A stretch of 64,000 nt of DNA from the human T2T-CHM13v2.0 reference genome, Homo sapiens (GCF_009914755.1 NC_060929.1); one strand, 5' to 3'. Numbered from the stretch's first letter, positions 43,650 to 58,893 are shown. Notes: generated by a model not told the origin, from the sequence alone. Translations and numbers: made by a program.

Positions 43650-44285
43650 ACTGGCCAAGTCACCACCTCCGCCATTCTCCCTCTGTCCAAGCCCCCACCA
43701 CGCCCTGCCTGGATTATTGCAGTGGCCTGTCTACTTGGTCCCCTTCTTTCACTCTAGACTTGTACATCCATTCTCCACTCAGTAGCCAGAACTGTTTATG
43801 TAGAACACAAATCACTCTTCTACTCAAAACCCTCCATCTCATCCAGATTATAAACCAAAGCCATTAAAAGGCCCTACAAGCCTTTAGAGGATCTGACCAC
43901 AGTGGCCTCTAGGGTCACATACCACCGGCTTCCCTCCTCCTTGATCGCTCTTTTCCAGTTATGTTGCCTCCTTGGCTGGCCTTCCAACAAGTCAGCCCTG
44001 CTCCACTGCTTAGGGCCCTCGTGCTCCACCCACATGCCTTGCTGCCTCATTTCCTTCAGATTTCTGATCGGATACCGCTTATCAAAGAGGACTTCTCTGA
44101 CCATCCTCCAGGAAATATCAGATCTCGTGCTCATTCTGCCTCCTCTTTCCATTACACTATTCCTTTATAGTCCTTGCCATAGCCTGGTATATATCTGTTT
44201 ACTTGCTATTGTCTGTCTCCTCTGCTGAAATGTAAGCTCCAGGGGGGCAGAGACTCTCATTCAGTTTTTGCCAGTCACTAGATAA
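43650..44285 (+). mobile_element. L2 3' fragment
   Basis: CCTGGATTATTGCAGTGGCCT...TCAAAACCCTCCA...AATGTAAGCTCCA...GGCAGAGAC. Confidence 0.8.
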
Positions 44286-44324
44286 CACACACACATATAT
44301 TTTAAAGTCAAACAAAAAAACTTC

Positions 44325-44458
44325 TATTTTATTTATTGTCAGAAATGGGGTCTTGCTATGTTGCTCAGGCTAGTCTCAGAACTCCTGATTTTAAGTGATC
44401 CTTCCTTCTCAGCCTCCTGAATAGCTGAAATTACAGGCATGAGTCACCATGCCCAGCT
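44325..44458 (-). mobile_element. FLAM / Alu monomer
   Basis: GGGGTCTTGCTATGTTGCTCAGGCT...CACCATGCCCAGC. Confidence 0.85.
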
Positions 44459-45049
44459 TATTTATTTATATTTGATTACTGATTCTGTTCTTCCTCTTGA
44501 GTGTCATCATCATCCTATCCCGTTTCTATTTCCAAAGCCACACATCAGCTCAGTTGATCACCATCCCTTGCCTGCATTACTGCAGCAGACTTCTTAAGAG
44601 CCCCACCTACAGTCCTGCAGTCTAAAATAATCTAACTCCATACACTCTTTGTCAAGTCACCTTACTGATTAGGAACCTACTATGTCAGTGTAAATTGATA
44701 CTAACTCTATGGAGGGCAGTTGTCATTATCTTTCAAAATGATGTGTCTACCATTTGACTCATTTGATCCATTTCTAGAAATTCATCTATAGATAAGTGGG
44801 AAACAGCATATATACACAACTGTTGCAGCATATTTAGTAGTAGCAAAATATTAGAAACAATCTAAAAGTTTCTCAATAGAGTACAAGTCAAATAAATTTG
44901 GTACATCCATAAAATGGTGTTGCATGCAACCATTAAAAATGAGCCAGACCAAATATATATGGATATATTAAGTAAAAAAAAAGAAAAATAGAGGGCAAAA
45001 TAGTGGAAAGGGATGCTGCAATTTGTGAATAAAATGTTTTTGGATATCC

Positions 45050-46210
<1,161 letters not shown>

Positions 46211-47035
46211 TTAGCTATTTGTTGCCTCCAGACCGTCACTCAAGTCATTTCACTCACCTGAGACTTCCTCACTTTCCTTTCTCCTTTTCACTTCGTTCTT
46301 CAACATCTAGCCCTGAACTCATCTTCAAGACCATTATTATACCCACTTTGTGTCTCTAAGCATTTATAGATGGTATTTTTATCATCATCATCATTATTAC
46401 TTTAATTCATGCCCACTGACCCCAGTCACCATCTTCAATGCACGTGCACAGCAATGGTCTCCCCTCAGAGTGAATTCCTCCAGATTTTCCACCTGGCTGA
46501 AAAGAAGGGGCTCTTCTTTGCAAACAACATGGTATCTTTATGGTAGGAAGGATGCAGGTGATAGCCTCAAGGAGACGTGTCACTTGTCCCTCCAGGAAGC
46601 ACTTTGGCCATCATGGATCCCACCATCCTCCAGCCATATCCGAATTCATGACAGACACATATTTTAGATATCGTTCTCAGTTTTCTGACACACTATCTGA
46701 AAAGTGTCTTACTAATTAGAGCTGCCTGTTGGATCTATTTGTCATCTCCTCAAACAGGCTTACACTGCTCAAAATAGCAGTGGAGTGGCTTTGTACTGCA
46801 TCAACTTTGCTAAGCTGGGACTGTTTCCTAGGTTTCCATTCTATGTATGGTTCCAGGGTTAGCACTAAATACTGGAAAAATTCTCAAAAGATTTAATGAA
46901 GACAGAACATCCTCATGCATTCCAGCTGACTTCATTGGCCCTAGTTTGTCCTTGGAGTTCTCATTTGTCCTTGCTCACCTCCACCAACCCCCACAGTTGT
47001 GTCATGACTATCCTTTTAATAAATCCCTTGTTCTG

Positions 47036-47290
47036 AACAAGTGTTGGCAAGGGTGCAGACAAAAGAGAACCTTTGTACACTGTTGGTGGGAATGTAGAAT
47101 GGTGGAGCCAAGATGGAAAATATTATGGAGGTTCCTGAAGAAGTTAGAAATAGAACTACCATATATGACTTAGCTATCCCTCATCTGGGCATATACCCAA
47201 AGGAAATGAAATCACCAGCTCATGAAGATATTTGCACTCTCATGTTCCTTGCAGCATTATTCACAATAGCCAAGGTATGAAAACAACACC
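47036..47290 (+). mobile_element. L1MA/PB ORF2 C-terminal fragment
   Basis: ORF 46847-47173 ends NKCWQGC...HCWWEC...WRFLKKLEIELPY. Confidence 0.85.
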
Positions 47291-47350
47291 TGCCCACCAT
47301 CCAAGGAGCAACTGACATCACAGACCTGGTATATATACATATATATGTAC

Positions 47351-47381
<31 letters not shown>

Positions 47382-47399
47382 AGCATCACTATAAACACA

Positions 47400-47541
47400 T
47401 CACACCAGCATCACTATAAACACATGAGTAATGTGTTGCTACAATGTTAAGATGGCCATGAGGTATTAAAAAATTTTCTGTTCCATTTTAATCTTGTGGG
47501 GCCACTGCCACGTACGCTGTCCCTCATTGACTGAGACATCG
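47400..47541 (+). mobile_element. Tigger3/MER7-like right end
   Basis: CATGAGTAATGTGTTGC...CATTGACTGAGACATCGTTACGCAGTGCATGACCGTA. Confidence 0.65.
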
Positions 47542-47609
47542 TTACGCAGTGCATGACCGTACAGATTGAGGTTAAGGGATTACTACGGTTAGGCAGACTA
47601 ACATACCTG

Positions 47610-47610
<1 letters not shown>

Positions 47611-47699
<89 letters not shown>
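47611..47699. repeat. Compound (TA)n(TG)n microsatellite
   Basis: Seen directly; a second (TA)n lies at about 47330-47380. Confidence 0.98.
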
Positions 47700-48176
47700 T
47701 GTATTTTGGTCTTTGTTTAGAAGTTTGATAATGTTTTTGTGACCACAAATATGCCATAGGAACTTCACTTTTGTTTATATCAATTAGCCTATGGGAAAAT
47801 TGGTTTTGTTTTGTCATTCTGGTTAAACTCAACAGTTTCCAAGAACCTACCAACGATGTGAAGTGAGGACTTACTGGACCATGAAAAGAAATAAAAAGGA
47901 ATCTTCATTCTGTATCACTTTGCATTCTCTGATCAAACCCTGACTACTTTATCCTGTCCTCAGTGTTTCGGGTCCCCCTCTTCTCCCCAACCCTAATGCT
48001 TACCCCATAGTTTCCACAACATATAACCAAGATTTTCTGGGATTCTTCTCATTTCATATAATTTTTAACAATGAAGAAGAGGCTTTTTTTTTCAGTGTAT
48101 CATTAATTGTTAAATAATTTATATTCTTTTTATAAGGTTTTTCACAGAAGTGAATTAGCAATTTAGAAAATTTCCT

Positions 48177-48723
<547 letters not shown>

Positions 48724-49208
48724 TCAACTCAGGTGGTTTAGATGAAGAGAGTTTAATCACAGAGGTGCACAGGGTGAAAGGAGTAATCAGATGATGAAGA
48801 CCCAGAGAGGAGCAACGGCAGGAAGCTGCTACCTCCCCTAAATCGGAAGAAACGAGAGAGGAAATGGAGCCCGGTGAGGCCTGGAGCCATGGTGAGGCCT
48901 CTACCAGAAGCGGGAGTCACAGAGTCACTGCCAGAAGCAAGGCTCAAAGCTGGGAGGGAGCATGGGGGACAGGACACCCTGGCATCCTCTGCCCTCCACC
49001 CTAATTCTCTTTCCTCCTGCCCTCCATTCTCCTGATGGAGCCTGGCACTGATTCTACCTAACAAGAAACCAAGGCAAGGGAGCCAAGGTGATAGGATCCA
49101 AGGCTCAGACCAGGGCAGAGAGGAGGTTAGAGCAGGTCCAGGTGTAGTGAAGGAGGGGCGTGGCAAATAGTTTCATCTTTGTGCTTTGTCAACACAAAGA
49201 CTAAACTA

Positions 49209-49305
49209 GGTCTGGGTGCGGTGGCTCATGCCTGTGATCCCAGCACTTTGGGAGGCCAAGGCGTTGATCACCTGAGGTCAGGAGTTCAGACCAGCTTGGC
49301 CAACA
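49209..49305 (+). mobile_element. Alu left-arm fragment, 3'-truncated
   Basis: GGGTGCGGTGGCTCATGCCTGT...TTGGCCAACAC followed by unrelated sequence; no A-rich linker or tail. Confidence 0.9.
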
Positions 49306-49430
49306 CATTTTCCACTTATTTTTCACCACAAACAGCTGTATTATCAGCATTATTATTTTTGAACTTTGTCAGTCTTGGTAACATAGAAATATTTACTTAT
49401 AATTCCTTGGTGAAGTAACAGGAGTGTTGC

Positions 49431-49978
49431 TGTTACCGGAAAGGGGTCTGGATCCAGACCCCAAGCGAGAGTTCTTGAATCTTGTGCAAGAAAGAATTCA
49501 GGGCGAGTCCGTAAAGTGAAAGCAAGTTTATTGGGAAAGTGAAGGAATAAAAGAATGGCTACTCCATAGGCAGAGCAGCCCCAAGGGCTGCTGGTTGTCC
49601 ATTTTTATGGTTATTTCTTGATGATATGCTAAACAAGGGGTGGATTATTCATGCATCCCCTTTTTAGACCTTATCGGGTAACTTCCTGTCATTGCCATGG
49701 CATTTATAAACTGTCATGGCACTGGTGAGAGTGTAGCAGTGAGGATGGCCAGAGGTCACTCTCGCCACCGTCTTGGTTTCGGTGGGTTTTAGTCGGCTTC
49801 TTTACTGCAACCTGTTTTATCAGCAAGGTCTTTATGACCTGTACCTTGTGCTGACCTCCTGTCTCATCCTGTGACTTAGAATGCCTAACTGCCTGGGAAT
49901 GTAGCCCAGCAGGTCTCAGCCTTATTTCACCCAGCCCCTCTTCAAGATGGAGTTGCTCTGGTTCAAAAGCCTCTGACA
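49431..49978 (-). mobile_element. ERV1 solo LTR MER41A
   Basis: Reverse strand TGTCAGAGGCTTTTGAACCAGAGCAACTCCATCTTG...CCCCTTTCCGGTAACA; lacks the MER41B-specific blocks. Confidence 0.9.
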
Positions 49979-50404
49979 CTATTGTTCTCAGGTTTTCAGT
50001 TATCCTTACCAAGCTTTCTTTCAGAGGCCTCTCTCTCAAGACACCCTGTGTCTTGTGACGTGAAATAGGAGGAGAGAAAGTGGAAGAAGCTGGGTGGAGA
50101 AAATGAAGGAGCCCTTCTTACCAATAGAACAACTGTGGTTTAAAAAAAAGGAAATGGAATGAGAACTATGGAGGGAATTTTGCAGATAGGTTCTTAGGCT
50201 CTCTGGGACTAATGACATGGAGTGAAGGAAAATGTTTGGTCTTAGAGATGGTAAACAGGTGACTTACACAGAACAAAGAGATGTGATAAAAGAGGAAATG
50301 TTAAGGAATTTGAATTGAGTACTGACAAAGACTGGTACTGTTGTCCTTATGCATTGGGCAAAGTGGGCTGCAGAATTGCTCGACCTTCTAGGTGAAGTTA
50401 ATGT

Positions 50405-50423
50405 TGGCCGCTAGGTGGCAATC
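50405..50423 (+). promoter_or_regulatory. Strong CTCF core motif
   Basis: TGGCCGCTAGGTGGCAATC. Confidence 0.6.
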
Positions 50424-51956
50424 ACATGTCTTCAATAACCGAAGACATCGCAGGCCTGAGTAACTGGCCTTCCTGGTGAGTTTCATCAGTCCATCCACTG
50501 TCAGAGAATTATAGTTTCAAAGTCTGTTTGGATGCATTTTAATATTAAATCAATTTGTGAGTGCTCATTATGATTCGTCAAAATCATGGCCCCAAGCAGC
50601 TACTGTTTTCAAAGTAAGTGATGTGTGGTTTTCCTTTCACTGTTTGGGTGTTTACACTTAGAGCTTCCTCCTACTTCTTCTCCTTAGGAACTTGACACTA
50701 TTTCTGCCATAGAAATGATGTTCCAGGCAACTATTTCTTACAAAAACAATAAATAGAACAGGTCTTGGGTCTGAAACAATTGGCCAGCTGAGATTTTGTT
50801 TTGTATTCATTTGGTTTTCCTGCTTGGTAGATTTAAACAAAGCTTTCCAACATTTTACTTTCGAAGCAAGATTCACACTGAAAAAACCATGTTACAGCAC
50901 AATGTTGTAGACGCTAATCTATTCTGATGGATGTGTTTTTTATAGGTCTTCATTTGATTTAATATATATTTAAAACTGAGTTTGTCTGCCTGGTGAGAGA
51001 TGAAGGAAATACAAATATAATCACTTTACAAAATAAATGCCTAAGATGGGGAACACTCAGCATATAGTGTTTATATATATTCACACACCAAGAAATAATC
51101 AAATATAATGATGCCAGCATTGATCGTAGATTTTCATAGCCACATATTTCTTGAGTGGTTTGTGCTAGCAAGGGAGACCCAGAGAGTCAGATGCACTCAA
51201 GCTTTTGTAATGAGGTGGTGCAGCATCTTCAATCCCCAGGGTATCTCCTATAACTTTCTACAGGATCTGATGCCATGCTAGAGAGTTGCGAAGCTCTGAA
51301 TAGCTTTGCTTACATAGAGTGTTGGGTGTTTTGAGATTTATTTTGGAAGAGAAAGGAGAGAAGTTTCTCTGAGACATAGCAGGTCATATGTGGCTGAGCC
51401 TACAGCAAGGCCAATGAAAGTGATTATGAGTCACTCATAGCCTAGGAGTGTGTCCCAACAGATATTTCTGATTTGGCCCCAGGCCACCATCAGACTATGT
51501 TGTCTTAAGTTGTCATATCTGGTAACTGCAAAAATAAACCATTTTAGTTGTCATATAAGATATTGTCATGTAAGTATTGACCTCTTCAAATGAATAATCA
51601 TCTCAAGACCTTCAAACAAGAAGTGGTTCTAAGGTTGCATATAAGCATTACATATCGATGAAAACATTGATCACAGACATATTACAGCTGAGTACCAAGT
51701 GCTACTGGAGTCACAGCAACATCAGTTCTGGATTATCAATGTTTATGTCCAAAGGGGAGATAAATTGTTGACAGGGTAGTAGTCAGGGTAAGTCAATAGT
51801 TCAGTGGGAAAGCATTAGGGACAGATCTTTTTAGCTTTACCCTCTTTACCCACCAAACACTCATTTTTAATTAGGAACAGATTCAATGTGAAGGATAGGC
51901 TCACTCATCACTGTGGTGAGACATTGTTCTCATGTCCTTCACTGCCCACACTCTTT

Positions 51957-52318
<362 letters not shown>

Positions 52319-53219
52319 TGATTAATGCCAAAAATAAATAATCTAATTTCAAAATAATATAAGTTCATATTACGTATAGACATGTTTGTGCACATATGCA
52401 TATGATAAGCTTCACGTATACAACTATTCATACATTTATATTTTTATCATTCATATATGCATGCATGTGTGTAAGAGGACTTGGCCTTTCTTATTTAAAA
52501 CTGATCATATATTAATATATATAAGAAGGACAGAGAATGGAAGGCCATACACCTCCATGTTAGCAGTAGTTATCTCACAAGGGTAGAATTACTTCCTTTG
52601 CTGATTTCTCTTCTATTCTTTTTTTGTCTGTGATTTTCATGTTTTCTGCAATAATCAAATATTACTTTTATAAATAGAAAAAACCCATAATGTAATGGTT
52701 TTGGAAAAGTGTATTTGACTTTAGTAACAAAGTAGTCTGTTCTAACAAAAAAGCAAGGTAAAATTGGTCTTAGGGCCTGACAGCTCAGGTGACCCTTAAC
52801 TCACTGCTTAATTGGCACTGACTTGGCCAACATCACCTCAGTGTTTTCTCATCTGAAGCGGAGAAGATATTTGCTAAGCCCTATTCAGGGCTGTTGAGGA
52901 ATCAAATGAGGAGGTTATCCGAAAGCACTTTGTGATTAGACTGCATATATAAAAACATGCTGACTTCACTGTGACAGTTGCATTTTCCATGAACTGGCTG
53001 TGCACCTCCTGTTATAGGGAGTTCCCAGGAGCCGGGTCATGCACGAGCCTTCCTGTGGAACTCCCCGAAGAACTTGGTCCCTCATTTGGGAACAGCAACA
53101 ATCAAGAAGACCTGCCAATGTCAGAACTGGAAGAGTACCAGATTCCCAGATTTAGTTCCAACAGTCAAGAGTCAAGGTTTGTTTCATCGGATATCCTGAC
53201 CATGGAATTCCACAGGAAC

Positions 53220-53418
53220 TAGGGTGGTTGAATCAATAATAGGACACTCAGGTACATTTGAATTTCAGATACAGGTACATAACAAATAATTTTTAGTATG
53301 AGTATGTCCCAAATATTGCACAGAATTCATGTACATCAAAAAACATTTGTTGTTTATCTGAAATTCAAATTTAACTGAGTTTCCTGTCTGTATTTTTTTG
53401 TTAAATCTAGTCATCCTA
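53220..53418. mobile_element. MER53 palindromic MITE
   Basis: TAGGGTGG...TCATCCTA ends; perfect 16-bp inverted repeat at 53256-53271 and 53355-53370. Confidence 0.85.
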
Positions 53419-53446
53419 ATGGAAACCTTTACCCCCTCTCACTAGT

Positions 53447-53492
53447 TTGGTTGGTTGGTTGGTTGGTTGGTTGGTTGGTTGGTTGGTTGGTT
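53447..53492. repeat. (TTGG)n microsatellite
   Basis: About 11 units, seen directly. Confidence 0.97.
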
Positions 53493-53541
53493 TTTACTTA
53501 TTAACTTCAGCTTCTTAATGAGAATTTAGGTTTTACAAATA

Positions 53542-53878
53542 CAGTCGTCCTTTGGTGTGCATGGGAGATTGGTTCTAGGACCTCCCTCAGACACCAAAAT
53601 CCACAGATGCGCAAGTCCTTGATACAAAATGGTGCAGTATTTGCATATAACCTATGCACAACCTCCTGTATACTTTATGTCATCTCTAGATTACTTAAGA
53701 TCTCTAGATTGCTAATATAAATGCTATGTAAATAATTGTTACACTGTGTTATTTAGGAAATAATGATGAGGAAAAAAGTCTGTACATGTTTAGTACAAAT
53801 GCAATTTGTTTCCAAATACTTTTTATCCATGGCTAATTGGATCCAGTCATGGAATCCACAGATACTGAGGGCCAACTG
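53542..53878 (+). mobile_element. MER2 (Tigger-derived) MITE
   Basis: CAGTCGTCC...ACCAAAATCCACAGATG...GATACTGAGGGCCAACTG. Confidence 0.88.
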
Positions 53879-54937
53879 CATATGCTCAGGGCCTTTCAGA
53901 TAAGGCACCCTCTGTAAGTGCACCTGACATATGCTAAACAATGATAGGCTATTGCAACAGCATCAGCAGGGCTGGCAGGGTGCTAGGGAAGCACACAGGT
54001 GACTGTTGGGGCACCCACCAGCATTCTTTCAGAACATTGTAAACGGTAGAGAGCTTCAAGGGTGACTGTCTGGGTCACATCTTGCCCTTTAATTGGCCTG
54101 GCTGTTGTGCAAAGGAAGCACCTGCAGCCATCAGCGTGTTCAACCACCAGTAGACTGGAGTCATTTTTCATTCTTGGATGTGAAATTGGCCAGGGGCAAT
54201 TAAGAATTGGGAAACTAGAAAAGGCAGCCCGGTGTCAAGGAGGTCAAGATTGGGCCACAGCCTTGCTTCCCACAAGGTCTGTCTTGTCTCTGGATGGTGG
54301 GAGAGTTGAGGCAAGGGAGTCTGGAATTATTATAAAAGGCAGCTTTTCTTGAAGCAAACAGCCAGCCAGGCAGCACACCTTCCAAGCTGAGAGTCTGAAG
54401 GGCCTGAGCCAGTGCCCCTTCCCAACCAGCCAGATACCCCGAGGCCCCACCACTGGCCTCACACTCTGGGGACGCCTAAGCATTTCAATTAGACTATAGC
54501 ATTCTCTGTCCTCTGCTAAATTCATTACCAAAAGAAAACAGAATCGAGGATAAAAGAAGAGACATGGTGGCAAGTCAGGAGTCCTGGCCATGTGGACTTA
54601 GTCATGGCTTCACTCCTCTGAACTTCAGTTTCTTCATTTATAAATTAAAAGGTAGAACTCCATGATTGCTGAGGTTACATCCAACTCTATAATGCTGGTG
54701 TATAAGGGAGATGCAGGATCAATAAGCTTTGGTAAGGAAACAGATTTTCTCACAGCTTAGAATATCAGACTCTGTTCAGGATTCTAGATTTGTTTTAGAA
54801 TGGGGCCCTAGGTTGCCAAGGGGGTACAGTGAGACCACCTGGGAGTAGCTGGAGAAACAAGAATAAGGAAGGGGTCAACACCTCTGCGACTTACCACTGA
54901 CACTCTTCATTCCACTCCTGATAAGGCCCAGCTCTTA

Positions 54938-55264
<327 letters not shown>

Positions 55265-55621
55265 TCAATAACCATTTATTGTGTTCTTTTTCTAAGCCAG
55301 GAAAAGTCTAGGCTACTAGAGAATAAATTGTAAATAGTTGCTAGTCTGTGCTGAGTTTCCTTTATTCATTACTAATTCAATTAATGTTTATTGAGCATCT
55401 GCTCCATATCAGGACTATTCTAAGCTCTGAAGATGCTGTATTGGAAGCCTTTCCCCATCCACCAGCAGAATATGAGGAAATAGTCTGCAAAATGTAACTG
55501 CTTCTCCAGCTGCTAATTGCACAAAAGCAGGTACCGTGTTACTCTGAGGTTTAGTTCTACCTTGTTCCCCGTCTTCATTGACCCATCTTGTTTTGAATAA
55601 TCATGAGAGAAGCAAGGAGAA

Positions 55622-56079
55622 TGTTATTATCTGAGTTGTGTCACCCCAAAATTCATATGTTGAAGTTCTAATCCCCAGTATCTCATTTGCAGGTGGGGTC
55701 TTTGCGGATGATTAAGTTCAGATGAGGTCATGGGGGTAGGCTCTAATCCAATACGATTGTGTCCTTATGAAAAGGGAAAATTTGGACACAGAGACAGACA
55801 TGAAGTTGGAGAGAGCACCATGTAAAGATGAAGGCAGGAATCAGGACAATTTTCAAGCCAAGAAACACCCAAGATTGCCAGGAAACCAGCAGAAGCTAGA
55901 AGGAAGATATGGAACAGAATCTCCTTCACAGTCTTCAGAAGGAGCCACCCCTGCCAACATCTTGATGATCTTGGACTTCAAGCTTCCAGAGCTGTTCAAG
56001 CCTCCGAACAATACATTTCTGTTGATTAAGCCATGTAGTTTGTGGCACTTTATTATAGTAGCCCTAAGAAATGAATACA
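55622..56079 (+). mobile_element. MaLR MLT1C-like LTR
   Basis: TGTTAT...CCCCAAAATTCATATGTTGAAG...GCCCTAAGAAATGAATACA. Confidence 0.9.
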
Positions 56080-56080
56080 G

Positions 56081-56368
56081 GGCCAGGTATGGTGGCTCAC
56101 ACCTGTAATCTCTGCACTTTGGGAGGCTGAGGCAGGAGGATCACTTGAGACCAGCCTGGGCAACATAATGAGACCCTGTCCCTACTAAAAAATTTTGAAA
56201 CAAAAATTAGCCAGGTGTGGTGGCACATGTAGTCCCAGCTACTCAGGAGGCTGAGATGGGAGGATCACTTGAGCCAGAGAGGTCAAGGCTGCAGTGAGCC
56301 GTGATCGCACAACTACACGCCAGCCTCCATGACAGAGAGAGACCCTGTTTAAAAAAATAATAATAAAA
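56081..56368 (+). mobile_element. AluJ
   Basis: GAGGTCAAGGCTGCAGTGAGCC; short internal deletion in the left arm. Confidence 0.93.
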
Positions 56369-57434
56369 GAAACAAATATAAAGAGCTTTGGTCATACTGT
56401 GCTACTCTCATTGCTTAGGCTACAAGTGGGTATAGTGTCCCATGGCAACTTCAGGATGCAAGGCCTATAATGCTCTAGGGCCAGGGCCCAGAACCTTTTG
56501 AAGAGTTGCCAAGAGCAAGTCAGGGCCTAAGGAACTGCCTAGGGCTAGAGTTCTGGGGCCAGCCTGTTCTTCACACCAGCCGGCTCTGACTTCTCACAGG
56601 GCCCAATGACTTTCTTCATGCCCTCCCCTTGCTCCTCATGGATGTAGGAGGGCCTGTCCTTGGGCCTCTCCAGCACCTCCCAGCCCAGCCCAGGCCACGG
56701 CCCCACTCCACCTCTGTTTTGAGGACTAACTTTCATTTTTCATTGCATGTTCTTCTGACCTCTAATTTTTGGCCCAATCCGGATTTTGCCTTTGGCTCTC
56801 TAGATTAGACACAGAGCTCATGGAGGCTGTGCTGCAATTTGAACCAGGGATAGGACAAGAATGTCAGAGGCTGTTTAGGGATCGTGGAGTGGGGGAGGGT
56901 TATAGAGAAAGAATGCATTTGGCTCAGATCATATTAAAAAATCAAAACAACTCATACTTTGAGTTTCCCAAGCGCTTTGGTGTATATTGCCCTTGAGCTA
57001 TACAATGCAGCCCCTGGGGGACAGTTAAGATGGGTGTCCTTATTATTTTATTTACATCTCCATGTTAAAAATGAAGGAACTGAGGCTCACCCAGGTTACA
57101 CAACTTGACTGAAATCACACAGTCCATGCGGGAGCCAGCATTTGGTTTTAAGTACAAGTTCTTTCTGCTCTGCCACGCTCTCCCCGCATAGATCAGCGCT
57201 CAGAAGCTAAAGGAGGATGCAGAGCCTGGACTGAGAGGACGCAGGCAGACGCAGACCAGACATACTGACTTGGCTCTCCCTCCTCAGCAAGTAGCAACTG
57301 GCCAAATACCACACACGAATAACAAACACCTTGCATTTATATAACACCTCACAATTGACAGTGCTTTTACAAGCATTGTCTCATTCCATCCTCACAAATA
57401 AACCCATGAGGTAAGCAGGATGAACTCGGTTATT

Positions 57435-57733
57435 CTTTTTTTTTTTTTTTTTTTTTGAGACAGGGTCTCACTCTGTCGCCCAGGCTGCTGTGGCGCAATC
57501 ACAGCTCACTGCAGCCTCGACCTCCCGGGCTCAGGTAATCCTCCCACCTCAGACTCCCTGAATAGCTGGGAGTATAGATGTGCACCACCACACCTGGCTA
57601 ATTTTTGTATATTTTGTGGAGATGGGTTTTTGCCATGTTGCTGAGACTGGTCTTGAACTCCTGGGCTGAAACAATCCACTCACTTCCATCTCCCAAAGTG
57701 CTGGGATGACAAGTGTGAGCCACCGCACCCGGC
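57435..57733 (-). mobile_element. AluJ inserted in a MIR (about 57330-57860)
   Basis: TSD GGTTATTCTT; MIR core continues ATTTTAAGATGAAGCAACTAAGG. Confidence 0.93.
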
Positions 57734-58155
57734 AAACCTGGTTATTCTTATTTTAAGATGAAGCAACTAAGGAAAGGCAGGTTAAACTCCTGGCCCATAG
57801 TCACAAAGTCAGGAGAAGTGGGACTCAAACCCAGTGTTTCTCTTTAAGTCCATCTTCTTTCTTACTTCTCAGGAAGAGAGTACAATCCAGGGACCGCAAA
57901 TACTTGGCACGCATACAGTCTTATCTTTTCCCACACCCAAGACAGACATTACTAATTGATCACAGCATTTTAGCCCAGATTTGGCCTCAGGATCCTCAGT
58001 ATAGTTCTCTGGGCAGCCCTTGTCAGCCAGAACAGACAAGCAAGATGAAGACCTTTTCCAGCCTGCTCTAAGCAGTACCTATAACTGGCTCAAGTCACAG
58101 ATACCAAGTGTACAAATCCATCTGATTAGAAATCTGGCTAAAAATAAGAAGGACA

Positions 58156-58345
58156 AAACAGACGCTGGGGTCTACTTGATGGGGGAGGGTGAAAGGAGGG
58201 AGAGCAACAGAAAAGATAACTATTGGGTACTAGGCTTAAAATCTGGGTGATGAAATAATCTGTACAACAGACCCGCATGACATGTGTTTACCTATGTAAC
58301 ATGCCTTCACATGTACCCCCAAACCTAAAATAAAATTTAAAATAA
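58156..58345 (+). mobile_element. L1PA13-16-like 3' terminal fragment
   Basis: GGGGTCTACTTGA...AACTATTGGGTACTAGGCTT...CACATGTACCCCCAAACCTAAAATAAAA. Confidence 0.88.
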
Positions 58346-58573
58346 TAGTAATAAAAATAATTTTCATAATGAGATGAAGAATCAGCTAAGATAAATCAAA
58401 TAATATTTTTAAAACTCATTTTATTCATTAATTATACAATACATGTTAAACACACATATAGTTATAAAGTATATAACATAAGGAAATATGGTTCAAGATC
58501 TAAGAAGAGCCTAAATTTGTTTTCTCCTACCTGTTAATTTACAACCAGTACAAAAATAATAATAGCTAACATT

Positions 58574-58893
<320 letters not shown>

